From NCBI GenBank assembly GCA_020137815.1, contig CM035350.1, forward strand, positions 1,550,001 through 1,614,000: a stretch of 64,000 bases of DNA. The letters are read 5' to 3'. How positions within the stretch are numbered: position 1 is the stretch's first letter; each line of letters opens with the position of its first letter. The notes under the pieces were generated by a model that was given only the letters and a program-made list of their open reading frames with translations, was not told where the DNA came from and searched no databases. Shown one piece after another: positions 37,704 through 50,356 of the stretch. The translations under genes and the position numbers were made by a program. The DNA comes from Hormiphora californensis (lineage: Eukaryota; Animalia; Ctenophora).

Positions 37704-38933
37704 TCACCCCTTTCTCAAACTGACCCTGCTTTTATCTAGCATAGCTACCGATATATTGCCCCCTTCTTTAAGGGTTAATTATATGCTGATCCAATATTAA
37801 AAATTCAACCCCCTCTCTCATTACGTCATTTTATCTCCCACAGTGATAGATAGTATGCTTACTGCTAGGAACTATTATTATTTACCGTGACCCCTCTCAA
37901 TGCTATCGGGGGGGGGGGGGGGGCAATGGGCATGATACCTAACGTAATAATGAAAATTTATAGTTATTACAAACAATAACTAACCTGGCACAATAGCAAT
38001 GCGGCTCTTGGCTTGATCCTGAAGGCTGCTAACTAGTTGAGTCCCGTTATTACAATACCTCTCCGTGCTCACTAACACCCGTTTAAACCCACACTTCACA
38101 GCGTCCTCCAGGGCCAGGATTGGGTAACTCAGTTGGTCGAAGGCGTGGCTCAGGGTACAAGGTAGTGGATGGGATAGAGCTGAAAATGAAATGGAGATAA
38201 GTTATTACTGACGTGGGTCATTCAAAAGTTATACAAAAGTCAAAAGTAGATTTTACGTCTCTCATTTCTGTAACTTACAAATCAGCGTATGACATCTACT
38301 GATATCAAGTTGGTTCGAACTGAAAATAATGTGGTTATAAGAAGAATATTCAAGATAACATTTTGATAAGTAAGAACTCCCGAACCTCTATTACAAGGTC
38401 TAACCCTCCTTTACAGACAGGGTCGAACAAGGTGCAGCTGTACTACCTGGATAGAACGCCGAACACAAATCCATCTACACCGACTTGTTTAGCCAACTTG
38501 ATCTCCTCACACATGATTTGAAACTCTGCGTCAGAGCACATGTAATCTACACGGTATGGTCTAACTACCATGTACACTGGGAGGTGCAGATTCTCCTTAA
38601 CCACCTTCAGCAGACCTGGGGGATGGAATTTAGGGGTTATGTGGTCCTGAAAGAAATGACATAGTGTGTGTAGTACCTGTTTCTAGGTTGGTCCAGCGGG
38701 TGTGAATGAGTGGGGTGATGTGTTCTCGACTGACCTATACTTGGACTGTAGCCTCCCTCGTGAGTCCGAAAACAAACCTCAACACTACTAGCACCTGAGA
38801 AAAGCGTGGTGGGGTCAACCTAGAGCTGTGATCAAGCATTCGTTCTATGACATTTACCTTTTTGGACGGCTTCGGCAGCGGATTCCAGAGAATCAATGCA
38901 CACTTCCAGTTCGACTGGAGGTGCAGACGCCAT
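37704..38933 (-). CDS. CUTC: Copper homeostasis protein CutC-like (TIM barrel), ~6 exons
   Basis: LEVCIDSLESAAEAVQKGASSVEVC..HEGGYSPSIGLLKVVK..LPVYMVVRP...GVDGFVFGVL...PLPCTLSHAFD...GFKRVL...AKSRIAIVP. The last exon (GGNISVAML..*) is tentative. Confidence 0.85.
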
Positions 38934-39172
38934 GAAGATGCTAAATTGTAAAACATTTTGTATGATACGTATTATTTATTTTTGTGTATATTTTATCGAT
39001 CTGAAAGTGTGGAATGTGGTTATTTTGTAGGTAGAACTAGATCGATCACGGATCAGTTGTCTGCAACCAGTGTTCAACCATTTTACAACAACCTACAACT
39101 GCGGTACCATCGTTCCCATCTTTTGCAATCTATTAACTTATAGGAGGGCACTTCAGGGACATTGCTGACCAA

Positions 39173-39414
39173 GTATGTAGGGGAAGTTTTGAAAGTGGTG
39201 GGCCAATTTTTTTAGTCATATGATATGAAATGCCTCGACTTTTCTATTGAAAACTTGTATTCACGTACATTGGGCGAAGCGATAGCGGAGCCCGAGAAAA
39301 TTTTAGTTTTTAGGCCAAAAAGTCGCTGTTTTTTTCAAATCATGAAAAGAACCGGGGCCATTTCCTGAAAAGTACTGGGGCCATGGCGTACCCTACCCCA
39401 CTTCCCCTACATGC
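39173..39414. mobile_element. Possible ~240-bp MITE
   Basis: Inverted ends gtatgtaggggaagt / acttcccctacatgc. No clear TSD. Confidence 0.45.
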
Positions 39415-39929
39415 GTGTTGCTACTTGCTGACTGACCACTTGTGGATAAATCTTTGTTGGTGCTCTGAGCCGGGACACTGAGTTCTAATTACTTTCGTCT
39501 TTCTAGATATTAAAACAGAGAGGCTGAAGCCTGAAGCATTTGTTTAGTGTGGTAAGATCAGTCGAAGATTTTAGAAGATTGATTACATTATCTTGGGTAT
39601 CAGAGACGGAGCAGTGCCCGTGCCAAATATGAACGGCAGTGTTCATATTTTGGCACGGGCAACCATCACCTTTTTTCTAAAAGGGGGTTAAAATGGGCAC
39701 CCAGCACGGAGCACCCATGTTTGTCTTTTCTTAGAAAAGTTTTCGGCTAAATCTCCTGATAAAATTCCTGTCATCTTGTTCGAAGCTACAGGTACTCACT
39801 ACTTATAAGTGTGTCCCAGTTGTCCTGTGCATTGCGATCCCTGTAAAAACAAAAATCAGTCCGAAGAAGTAAATAAAAGAACTTGCTTAAGCTTCATTGC
39901 GCGCGGCGCACTACTTTAAACAAAAAATT

Positions 39930-42900
39930 TTGGAGGCGGGGCCCCTTTGTGCGTTTAAAATTTCTTCCCCCTGAGGATTTTCCCTTTTAACAGGCTAGGT
40001 CCAGCCCAAAACCCAAAAATCTAAAGGAAAATGACATTCCTGGGGGAAACTACTAAACCCTAGCCGTAAACAATCCCAACGCTTTGAAAGTTTCAACGGG
40101 GATGATTTTGAGGGCTCGTTTGGGGGGTAATTTGGGGATCCCTTTGGGGGGGAAACTCCCGGAAAAAAACCCCTTGTCGCGGCATGCACCCTCCCGGGGT
40201 TAAAACCCCTTTTGTTTGATGGAAAAGGAAGCGAATAGGGTTTCCCCGGGGGGGAAACAAAACGGGCAGAGTGGGTTTCAGGGAACATATCCGGTTTTTT
40301 TTTGGGTTTTGGGAACTGGGCCCCTTGGTAAAAATATAAATTGTAGACTACCCAAAACCAAAGATGAGATGCAGGGGGGTGGGGACAAGGACCAGACTGC
40401 GACCCTTTTCCCCCCGGGGAGGAAATACAAAGCACTGAAAAACAAAACCGGGAGGGTGCCAGGGCTTTTTTTGGTTAAAAGCCATCCCTGTGCTCGTAAA
40501 AATCCCCCTCGGGGCCTTTCCCAGGTTTCCCCTTTAGGGGGAATCAACGTAAGGCGGTGAAACGGAGAAGTTGGGACCTGAATTCGGGAAAAATTTTCAC
40601 CCGGCCAAGAGAAAAAAGGGAAAAACGGTTGGAAGAAAAAAGAAAAGCCCCGACGATGAGGGGGGGAAAAATCCCCCCGGTTTTAATTTGGGAAAGGTGA
40701 CAACCGGGCCAAATCCCCGGGGGATTGACACTAAAACTGGGGGGAAAGGAAATTTGCTCCTGAGGGAGATGGGGAGAAACGACGAGGAAAAGGGCGATAA
40801 AAACCCGGGGAAAACCAGCTTTTAATTTTTTGAAAATGGTGTAAACGAAACAAGAAAAAGTTTTGCCCTAAAGGGAAAAAAAGGGTAAAATAAACTTGAA
40901 AGGGGGGTCGCCTGTTCGAAAAAAATCCCCCGTTTTTTGTACCAGATCCGTATAAAAGGGAACCATAAACGAGGGGGTTGCTCCAAGGCAAAGATCAAAT
41001 ATTTCCCCCCCCCAATTTTGGCAAAAAAAAAAAATCGGAATCAAGAGACAGTGTCTTGACCTGTTGTGTTTAGGATCCATTTGAAAAGCACCCCGCGGAA
41101 ACCAAACCCCCCTGTAGCTACTGAGGGAAAAAAGGGGAATCCCGGAAAAATCCATTTAAAAAAAAACCCAAAGAAGGCCGACCCCCAAACCAAAACCAAA
41201 CAAAAAACGGCAACAAACGAAAAGGGCTGGTAAAACCAGGATTTTCTTTTGAACTACCATGGGTCCCTTCGGGGGGGTTTAGGGAAAAGAATGCTGGGGG
41301 AAATGAAAAAAACTCTCGGGGGGGAAATGGCAGAGATCCGTTGGGGCCCTCAGCCCCCCCCGGGGGGAATTGGAAACGTTCCGACATCGCACCCCCCGGC
41401 CTGACGGTAAAGGGGAAAAACCCCCCGGGGGCTCCCGCCCGAGGGCCCAAAACGGTGGGACGGGGCATAAAAAAACGGTCTAAAAAACGGGGTTTGCTAA
41501 AAAGCCAGGGTCTAACCCCGTTTGCCCAGTGACTGTCGTTTGGAAAATCTCCTTTTTTTTAAAACGATAGGGTGAGAAATCCTTTTTCCCCCTTTTTGGC
41601 CCCCGAAAACGGGACTTGGTGGAAAAAAAAAAGGGAGTTTCCGAGGCCCAGGTAAAAAATACCGGTTTTTTCAGTAGTTGGAGGGATGGGAAAGGTCCCG
41701 AAAAAGGGGGGATGTGCACTCACGTGAAAAAGGAGTGAAAACCCACAAATGAAAAATTTTGGGGTTTACGTTGGTCCAACTTTGTGCAGCCTCCCGGTTT
41801 CCCAGAACAAATAATGGTGCTGGCATCTTTTTCCTATCGGGCCCCGGTTTCCCCAATGTCTTCGACCCTTCCCCCTTTAAAAAACCTTCATCGAAAAACA
41901 CCTTTCGGCCCGGGTTTTTTCCCAAACGTTTACTTGGGGGGGGGGTTTAAACCCGGCCGGGGGATTAACGGGTCCCCCAATTTTTCCCTTTTAGACCAAA
42001 AAGTCGGAGTTTTTTGGGGGGGGGGGATAAAACTTCTATCTCAAATGGTCCCACAAAAAAAACCTAGGGGGAAAATTTATTTTGGATATCATACTCCCTA
42101 ACGGGGAGGAGTTTTGGGTGCTTCAGTTGGGGGGGGAGGCCCTTAACATCCTGCCCATTCATTTTTCCGTGTGTGCGGGTTTTTTGGGGCCTTGACCCGG
42201 TCGGGGGAAAGGGCCAGCGGGGAAATATGAAAGGGTTTTCCCCGGGACTTGACCCCTTTTGGGTTTGATTTCCCGAGGCAGTCAAGGCCGAACTAAAAGG
42301 GTAAAAACGGGGAGGGGTGCCCGGGGAGGGGCTACGTAAAACGGAGACGGGTCGGACTTTGTACAGCAATTTCTAGGGGGGTTGTTTTTTTCCGATCTTT
42401 ATCTCGGTATCCAAAGGGTTTCAAGGGGACGGGTTATTGCGGGGAAGCCCCAATGCTGAAACGGTTTAAAGAAAAAGGGCAGAAAAATTTAAAAAGGGGA
42501 AAATCCCCAAGGGCCCAAAAAATGCCAATCATATGCTGGGAATTTTGGGAAATTTGGAGAGGCGAGTTGCGAAGTGGCCCGGAAATATTACTACCCAAAC
42601 CCAAGGCGAAGGGAAACCAGGAGGGAACAGCGTGTTTGTGGAGATTATTAGGAGAAACCCCAAAATTTTTTTTGGATTTACAAAAATGATAGGAGGAAAA
42701 AAAGTCACGTATTCCCCCTTTAAAAAGGGCGGATGGGCCCTCGGGCAGAGGATCCGGGGGAAAAAAAGGCCCCGAATTACTCCCAAAAACAGTTTTCTAT
42801 CGGGTCTTCAGTGACCCCGGGACGGGGCCCGGGGTGGAAGATGCAGTAGGGAGTATATCCTTTGCAGGGACCAAAAATTTTTTACATCGAATTTACTCCA

Positions 42901-43230
42901 TCTTCATCGAAGGGAGCTCTCCCTGCTCGATCCCTTCTCTGCTGGCCCCCCGGGGGGTTTTACCATCATGGGAACTCCAAAGGGGCCGATCCGCTTTGTG
43001 TACCCTTTTTTTTTGCTGTGGAGGGATTCCTTTAATCCGGGGGTGGGGGTTTTTCCCTAGCGGGCCCTTTAAACGAAAATTCAAACACTCCAATTTTTTA
43101 AGAAGGGTTTTCCCCATCCGAGGTTGGCCAAATACAGGGCCCGTATCGGGTGAAGTCAAATATCATTTAAATGCTTTGGAAAAGTGGGAAGTGCAGGGCC
43201 CCATTTCCCACTTTGAGGGCGTGTGGGATC
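39930..43230. other. Homopolymer-inflated, low-quality sequence; probably the corrupted 5' part of the adjacent LINE
   Basis: Abrupt excess of G/C/A/T runs; ORFs consist mostly of K/G/P/F; the stretch merges seamlessly into recognisable RT at ~43230. Confidence 0.7.
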
Positions 43231-43231
43231 T

Positions 43232-44642
43232 TGAATGAGTCGCAACATGGTTTTAGGAGAAACCGTAGCTGTTTGACCCAGCTTATAGAAACATCTCGAC
43301 CGGGTTTTGCGTGCAGTAAGTGATGGTGATGAGGTCGATGTGATCTATCTAGACTATCAAAAGGCGTTTGACAAGGTCGATCACAGGGTCTTAGTGTCCA
43401 AATTGGAGAAATATGGTGGTGTCAGGAAAACTGCTGGAGTGGATCAAGAACTTTTTACAGGATCGTGTTCAGACTGTTACTGTTGACCAGGTTTTTCTCG
43501 AGCTTCAAGGAGGTTTTAAGCGGTGTCCCGCAGGGGAGTGTCCTGGGGCCCGTACTTTTCTTGGTCTATGTCATTGACCTTGAATCATCCTGAGTTTTTC
43601 GGATGCTTTGACTTTGCCGATGATACGAAGATCATTAAAGTTATCAGAGGAATCCTAGATCATGCAAATCTACAGGAGGATCTGTGTAACGTGGTGGATT
43701 GGTCGGTGTTAAACAACATGACACTCCACGACGATAAGTTTGAGCTGGTGCGTTATTCACCACGCTCCAACAACTTAATGCGGGAGCTTCCTTTTACAGC
43801 GGGCTATCTCTCTTATGAGACCCCTAGTGGAGTATGTTTGACATCTTCCCCAGTTGTAAAGGATCTTGGTGTTCTCCTGTCAGAGGATGGGTCGTGGAAG
43901 CCACAGATCGAAAAGGTATCTGCATCGGCATCAAGGGTTGCAAACTGGATTCTGGGGGCGTTCAAATGCAGATCAGTTAAGGTAATGATGACTCTTTACA
44001 AAACACTTGTTCGCCCAATCCTGGAATATTGTTCTGCAGTCTGGAACCCGTCATCGGTTGGTGAAATTGCCCAATTGGAGCAGGTGCAGCGAAATTTCAC
44101 CAGGCGTATCCAAGGGTGTCAAAACTTGGACTACTGGGAGAGACTTGCTTTCCTTGATTTACAGTCCCTGCAGAGGCGCAGGGAGCGCTATGTCCTTATC
44201 CACATGTTCAAAATCTGTAAGGGACTAGCCCCAAACGGACCCGGTTTTGATTTCAAGGACACCCCTCGTTACGGGGCACGGGCAGTGATCCCAAAATTCA
44301 ATCATGGGGCACAAAGGTCGGCGTCCACTATGTTTGAAAACTCTTTTTCGGTTCTTGGGGCGAAACTATGGAACACTCTTCCTAAATGTGTCAAGGACGC
44401 CGGGAATATCGATGAACTCAAGGTTGTACTGGGAGGGTACCTCAGGGGCATTGCTGATAGACCACCAACCAGGGGGTACTCGTGTGTTCATGGAAACTCC
44501 TTGTTGGACTATGCCCTGAGCCGGGGCACGGACTTCTAGTTGCAAAGCCGAATGAGTTCAGAGAGGCTGAAGCGTTTATTTATAATGTGGATGTCTCGAC
44601 ATGACTGGTCAAACTATTTTGAAGATTTGAAGATGAAGATTT
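43232..44642 (+). mobile_element. CR1/L2-clade LINE ORF2 reverse transcriptase 3' part, frameshifted, with (GAAGAT[T])n tail
   Basis: QHGFRRNRSCLTQL, DVIYLDYQKAFDKVDH, SGVPQGSVLGP, FADDTK, KDLGV, YKTLVRPILEYCSAVWNP, LEQVQRNFTRRI, YWERLAFLDLQSLQRRRER. Confidence 0.93.
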
Positions 44643-44978
44643 GCTTAGAAATGCAGCGCAAATTTTAATCATGTGCGTGTGTTCCACTTCGCGCATCGCC
44701 GCTCAGTTTTAACTTTTCACTTTCTGCAGCTGCGGAGTTTTAAAATTAAAATCGGGTTTTTAAAAATGTCCACCCCTTTTTTCTCTTTCTGTTGAAAAGC
44801 GCTGCCTTATCCCGCGCTGGGGGCCAGCAGCGTTTGCCAATTCTTTTTGCCTCATCCCGGGGTTACAGGTCGCGGCTCACCGCTCAACAGTGTTTCAAAC
44901 TTTTCAACACTACTTTAAACAAATTAATTTGAGTTTCAGCAAATGTCTATGTAAGAGCCCAGGAGGGCAGCAAGAAAA

Positions 44979-45944
44979 ATGACAAGCTCCGACGATGAAA
45001 TGGATATACGGATCTACCTGCGGGAAACAGACGTTGAAGAGGAAGATATTCGATACTGTCAAGAACAAACGGTGGAGTGGGTAAAAGAGATATTAACCGG
45101 TGGGTTCGGTGAAGTTGACCCTCGCCTAGTGCAGTACGGACAACATGCAGAGGACGTATGGAATGATCTGAAAGTTCCCTCCAGGAACAAACTCAATGCT
45201 CTGAACAAGCCAGTGCTTTTAGACCTTGTGGAGGAGGCATGCCGTATTCTTATGGAACATACCTTCCCAGTTTCAGAACAGTTGTTAACAGTGGGTTACG
45301 AAACCTTGAAGATAAACCAGCTGGAGAAGGAGCTCAAAACACGAAGCGAAGAGCTAATAAAAACCCAGAGAGATCTGGTAGCTGCACAGGAGGAGCTGCT
45401 GAAAATGCAGAGACAGTTACTCGAAAAGAGAGAAACTGAAATCACCTCTGTTCAGACAACGGCACAGCATGAACTGAAGAGTTTTGCATCTGTTCTGGAG
45501 AAAGAATGTGCCACTGCCCTGGCTCCAAAGAAGATACAGTCGGCTATCGTTGCAGCTTCGGAGGACCGTGGGAGTAACATCATCATCCATGGCCTAGAAG
45601 AGAGTGCTGAGCTTGAAACTCAACTAAAGTCTCTTTTTACTGAGCTTGAAGAGGCTCCGAAAATGAAATCTGTGGAGCGCTTGGGAAAGCAGGCCTCATT
45701 TGCAAGACCTGTGAAAGTTGTGCTGAGGAGCAGAGAAGCTCAAATATCGATCCTGTCAAAGAAATGCCTGTTAAAAGGGACTGATAAGTTCGAAAAAGTT
45801 TTTATTTCTCCCGATAGAACTGAGGAAGAACGGAAAGAACGGAAGCAGCTGGTAGTTGAGCTGAGGGAGAAAATAAAGCGGTCCCCTGGAACCCACTACA
45901 TAATCCGTGGAAAGAGGGTGGTAGAAGCACCAAGGGACGCTTGA
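44979..45944 (+). CDS. Intact LINE ORF1-like protein (coiled coil + RRM-like + C-terminal domain), 321 aa, no ORF2 attached
   Basis: Coiled coil (LEKELKTRSEELIKTQRDL...), DRGSNIIIHGLEE, ERLGK...RPVKVVL, VFISPDRTEEERKERKQL...YIIRGKRVV, typical of CR1/L2/Jockey-group ORF1. A (GAT)n tract follows at ~46094-46113. Confidence 0.8.
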   Translation: MTSSDDEMDIRIYLRETDVEEEDIRYCQEQTVEWVKEILTGGFGEVDPRLVQYGQHAEDVWNDLKVPSRNKLNALNKPVLLDLVEEACRILMEHTFPVSEQLLTVGYETLKINQLEKELKTRSEELIKTQRDLVAAQEELLKMQRQLLEKRETEITSVQTTAQHELKSFASVLEKECATALAPKKIQSAIVAASEDRGSNIIIHGLEESAELETQLKSLFTELEEAPKMKSVERLGKQASFARPVKVVLRSREAQISILSKKCLLKGTDKFEKVFISPDRTEEERKERKQLVVELREKIKRSPGTHYIIRGKRVVEAPRDA

Positions 45945-46169
45945 ACATTCATACAAACTAGTTCTGAACTCTAATCTAATGATCTAGTAGAGTAAAACCG
46001 CTTTTGAAAGCAGGAAGATATCCGTAAAGTTTTTTCTTTTATTAGTGTTATCTTACCAATGTATGCTATAAAGCGGTATATTAAATGTTAATTGATGATG
46101 ATGATGATGATGAGGCAACACCCGGAGATTCAACTTTGGAGTTAACAGTGGTGCCCGTACAGCCTGGCC

Positions 46170-46890
46170 GAAAGACGTGCCAAAAGAGCATTCTATGTTA
46201 GCGGACTGTGTCTTAGACGTCGTGGAAGACATTGCTCATCCTCTACAAAAAGCCTTGTGCGAAGTAAGCTGCCCGTTCTGGAACTCACCTAAGATCTCAT
46301 CTCGGACATCATTAGCGTTGAAGCAGTACAGAGGAAGTTTGCTATTGTTATGTGTATTGAATCAGATTGAATAATAATAATTACCAAACGTATCCTTGGG
46401 ATGAGTGACCTGAGCTATTGGGATCGCCTGAAAAAGTTGAACTTAAAATCTATGCAGCGACGTCGAGAACGCTACTCCATCATTACGATGTGGAAGATGT
46501 CAATAGGCAACGCACCCAACAACATTGGAGTGAAGTTCTACAATAATGCTCGACTTGGAAAGAAAATTGAGGTTCCAACGTCCCCCACCACCACACAAGT
46601 CTCTGTTGCAACGAAGTATCACAACCCGACTTTGGAACACCCTACCATGTAACGTGAATACGGCAGAAGACCTAGCCTCATTCAAAGTCCTTCCTGGTAA
46701 ATGGCTGGCGAGATTCCCAGACCGACCCCCGGTGACTGGTCACTGGATACACTCGACAGAACAACAATTCGATACTTGACTGGGAACGAATAGTTTCCAG
46801 GGAGGGGGAGGCTCTATGAGGAGCTGACACCTGTGCAGTATCTGTGCAAAGAGGATTGCAAGATTCAAGAATACAAGAATACAAGATTAC
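46170..46890 (+). mobile_element. Decayed 3' fragment of a second CR1-like LINE with (CAAGAATA)n-like tail
   Basis: VEAVQRKF..TKRILGMSDLSYWDRLKKLNLKSMQRRRERY, RLWNTLP, FPDRPPVTG; frameshifts and a short insertion. Confidence 0.85.
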
Positions 46891-47647
46891 AACGCTTTGG
46901 GCGACAAGCGACGCTATATTTATGTGGCCACTAACCTCGGAATTTGGAGGCATATTTCCAGCAAACCGATATATCTCTACAATTTTACAACAATCAATCG
47001 GTACATTATCCCGCAGTGCACGTGACGAGGAGCCTGCACTCTGCAGTAGCATTTGCCAATCCGCTACTTAGCCCGAGGCTGGCGCCCCTGAACGTTCTTT
47101 ACCCTGCTTTATGCTGTCTGGCGCAGCGACCCCATCTGAGCGCACTGTCGTGAAAATCAAATGGAGTATGGCGGCAGTTTACAAATGTAGTGTAATGGCA
47201 GTAGCCACTTTATCTATTTCACTAGGGATTCATTGGCTGAATCTTCAAACCCCAAAAGTTACATATAAACACATATAACTCGAGTTCGATTTTCCACAGT
47301 TCATGTCCTCAAAATCATGTACGTTTAACTCATGAGTATATACTTTGTCCCTATCGGAAACTGGAAAGCAAATACTATGGTTGCAATAAGCACTTTTATT
47401 GTCTTGGCTCGTACCATGAGCGCATATATCACGGAAATGTATTCTTGTTCTGTGAATGTGTTGATAAGCATATGTTTGTGGAGAAGAGTTTGTTGCATGT
47501 AACAAGCTTGACATTACCGCCAGCAACTCACCAATCGTGCACGTTAGTTTTCCACACCTACAACTGCAGCAGCAGCTCTCTTTCATTACATCTCCTCCTT
47601 CTCTTGTTAACAATGTGTTCACTTCATTATGATACCACCACTGCAGG

Positions 47648-49342
47648 ATGGTTAGTGTAACGATAGTAGGATCTGGCCTCATTGGGAGGAGCTGGGCAGT
47701 CCTCTACAGCAGGGGAGGGTATCGTGTTGTTATGTATGATGTAAAGGCTGAACTAATGGAGCAGGCACTAGATGTGATCAGGACCCAACTTGAGTCTCTC
47801 CAACAGAGCAACCTTCTCGGTGGTATGTTGTCAACATTTTCTGTTTTCTATTTTTTTCGTAGTCCTAATCTTGCTGCATTGCATCTTGCGAAAACACTGC
47901 ATAATGGTGTGTTAATTGCAGGAAATGCTAGTCTTTTGTGCGTATTTTATGAATTATGCTTGGTGCATTTTTTCCCTGCCCGGGTGCCCGGATGCCTTTT
48001 TACTTTGTAAAAAGGCATAGCAGGGTTAGAATTCGAAAACGACATTTTGGTATACTAACTAATCGGTAGAGGGACATTTTTTGGTCACACTTTCGTTGCG
48101 AGGGCAACGGTGTAGCAACTAGAGCCGCGCGCACAGTGACGAGCTACTCCTTCATCAAACACCTCATTGACACAGTTTGATGGACGTGTGTGCGCGCGCC
48201 ACTCAACAAAACATGAAATGCTCTGCCGCGCGTTTCGCGTGTTACATACACATTTTCATCTTGCGAGTCGGGTGTGAGATATTAGATAAGTAGTTAAGTT
48301 GGAATGTCAAAAGCTGGTTAGCAAGTGTCATGTGATTGGGAGTTAGCTAACTTTAAGCTATGTGAGAAGTATACTGACAGCTAGATCGTATGCATCTCAC
48401 ATTACATTATGACCAAGCCTTGATCCTGTTGGCAGTGACAATGTCACTGACATGTGAAACGGTAGGGCAGGGAAACACAGCATTATGAATACATAATGCA
48501 ATAATTCTTGTCTACTTTCTATTCCTTCTCAGTACCCCAATTTCCCAAGCTAATGATGGTTACTCGTTTCAGGAAAGAAAGCTGAAGAGTGTTTCTCCCT
48601 CATCTCGACCTCCTCCTCCCTCCCCGAGGCTCTGGACGGATGTACTGTGGTACACGAGTGTGTTCCTGAGAACCTGGCACTGAAACAGCGGGTATTCACT
48701 GATCTGGATAGTCTGGTTACTGACACCACCCTCCTTCTCTCCTCTACCTCTTGTATCATGCCCTCCCAGTTCACAGAGACCCTGACCCACCGGGGTAACT
48801 GTGTGGTGTGCCACCCTGTTAATCCACCCCACTATTGTCCCGCTGTAGAGGTTATACCAAGCCCCTGGACTCTTCCTGAGAGTCAGACCCGTGCTGTACA
48901 AGTTATGAAGGATATTGGGATGAAACCTGTGGTAGCTAAGAAGGAATGTGATGGGTTCATCCTGAACAGGCTCCAGTATGCTGTCCTCCAGGAGGGATGG
49001 AGGCTCATCCAGGATGGGGTGTGTGATGCTAAAGATATTGATACTGTCATGACAGCAGGACTAGGTATCAGGTGGTCCTTTATTGGACCTTTTGAAACGG
49101 CACATCTGAATGCCCCAGACGGTATGAGAGATTATGCGGAGAGGTATAGTGCTGGAATTGTTAGGGTCAGTGAGTCGTTTGGGCAGCCAAGACCATTTGA
49201 GGGTCCAACCCTGGACCAGGTGGCTGGGTATCTTGAGAGGGAGATGCCAGTTGAGAAGTTGGGAGAGGTGAGAGAGTGGAGAGATAAAGTGCTAAAAGAT
49301 ATGGCAATATTTAGACAGAATATGCCTGAGCGACCCTCCTAG
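47648..49342 (+). CDS. CRYL1: Lambda-crystallin / L-gulonate 3-dehydrogenase (2 exons)
   Basis: IVGSGLIGRSWA, ECVPENLALK, SSTSCIMPS, HPVNPPHYCPAVEVIP, KECDGFILNRLQYA, GLGIRWSFIGPFETAHLNA. Confidence 0.95.
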
Positions 49343-49503
49343 ATGGTGTGACTCAGTGAACAGTATATCTTATTTTAATTTTATGGGGTTTTATTTGTTT
49401 TTAAGCATTACTTAATTTATAACTTTTCTTTTAAAAGTGCAGTGTTTTCATTTATTTAGTTACTCTCCAACCCACTGAAATCCCAAACTTGGTTTAGCTA
49501 ACT

Positions 49504-50119
49504 ATGTCTGAAGTTGAAGAGACCGTAAAACGGATCCAGTCCCACAAGGGTGTTATTGGAATTATTGTCGTCAGTCAAGAGGGTAAGAATTGCTGTACAG
49601 TGATGTCCCATTCTGTTTTATATGCTGTACAATTTTTCCTTTTTTATAGTGTTGTCTCTCTCCAGGTGCAGCTAATGTATTCCAATTAAATCTGTCTCTA
49701 TCCCTACACACCTTTCCCAAACTCTTTCTGACCTGTATTTCCATTTCAGGAATCCCAATTCGAACCACCCTCGATAACGCTACCACAGTCCAGTATTCCG
49801 GCCTGATTCACGAGTTGACAATCAAGGCCAAATCGACAGTTCGGGATATTGACCCTCAGAACGACCTCACCTTCCTGCGTATTCGGTAAGGCGCGGGTCA
49901 CTTCTTGTGGGGAGAGAGGGTGTTGTGCGCGATCCCGAGTGTAGACCGTCTCCACGCGCACAACACCTGAGAGAGTGCACTGCGCGGCTCCTGCTACTCG
50001 CTGGTTACCATGGTAACGATGATCACTCTCCCATCAGGTCAAAGAAGCATGAGATTATGGTGGCACCTGACAAGGATTACCTGCTGATCGTCATCCAGGA
50101 CCCCTCTGTGAATTCCTAA
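49504..50119 (+). CDS. DYNLRB: Dynein light chain roadblock-type (3 exons)
   Basis: [39 protein letters not shown]...[38 protein letters not shown]. Confidence 0.97.
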
Positions 50120-50356
50120 ACTTGTGGAAGGAGAGAGACAGTGACTGTTAAACTCGCCTCGAGAGGGCGGAGGGAGTGTGTGAGATTTTGTACCTATAGG
50201 CATGCTGTAAATTATGAATCAGGTTTTGTTCCTTAGATCTGAGTTTTACAATGTTTGGTTAAAGAAGGGGGCTCATCTAAATAACTGAAAATTGAAGATA
50301 CAATATTTACATAACTGAACTACAAAATACGAAAATCTCTGTACACACACTCAATT

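Noticed and set aside
39995-43238. Many 80-150-aa K/G/P/F-rich ORFs
   Set aside because: By-products of homopolymer-rich, probably erroneous sequence.
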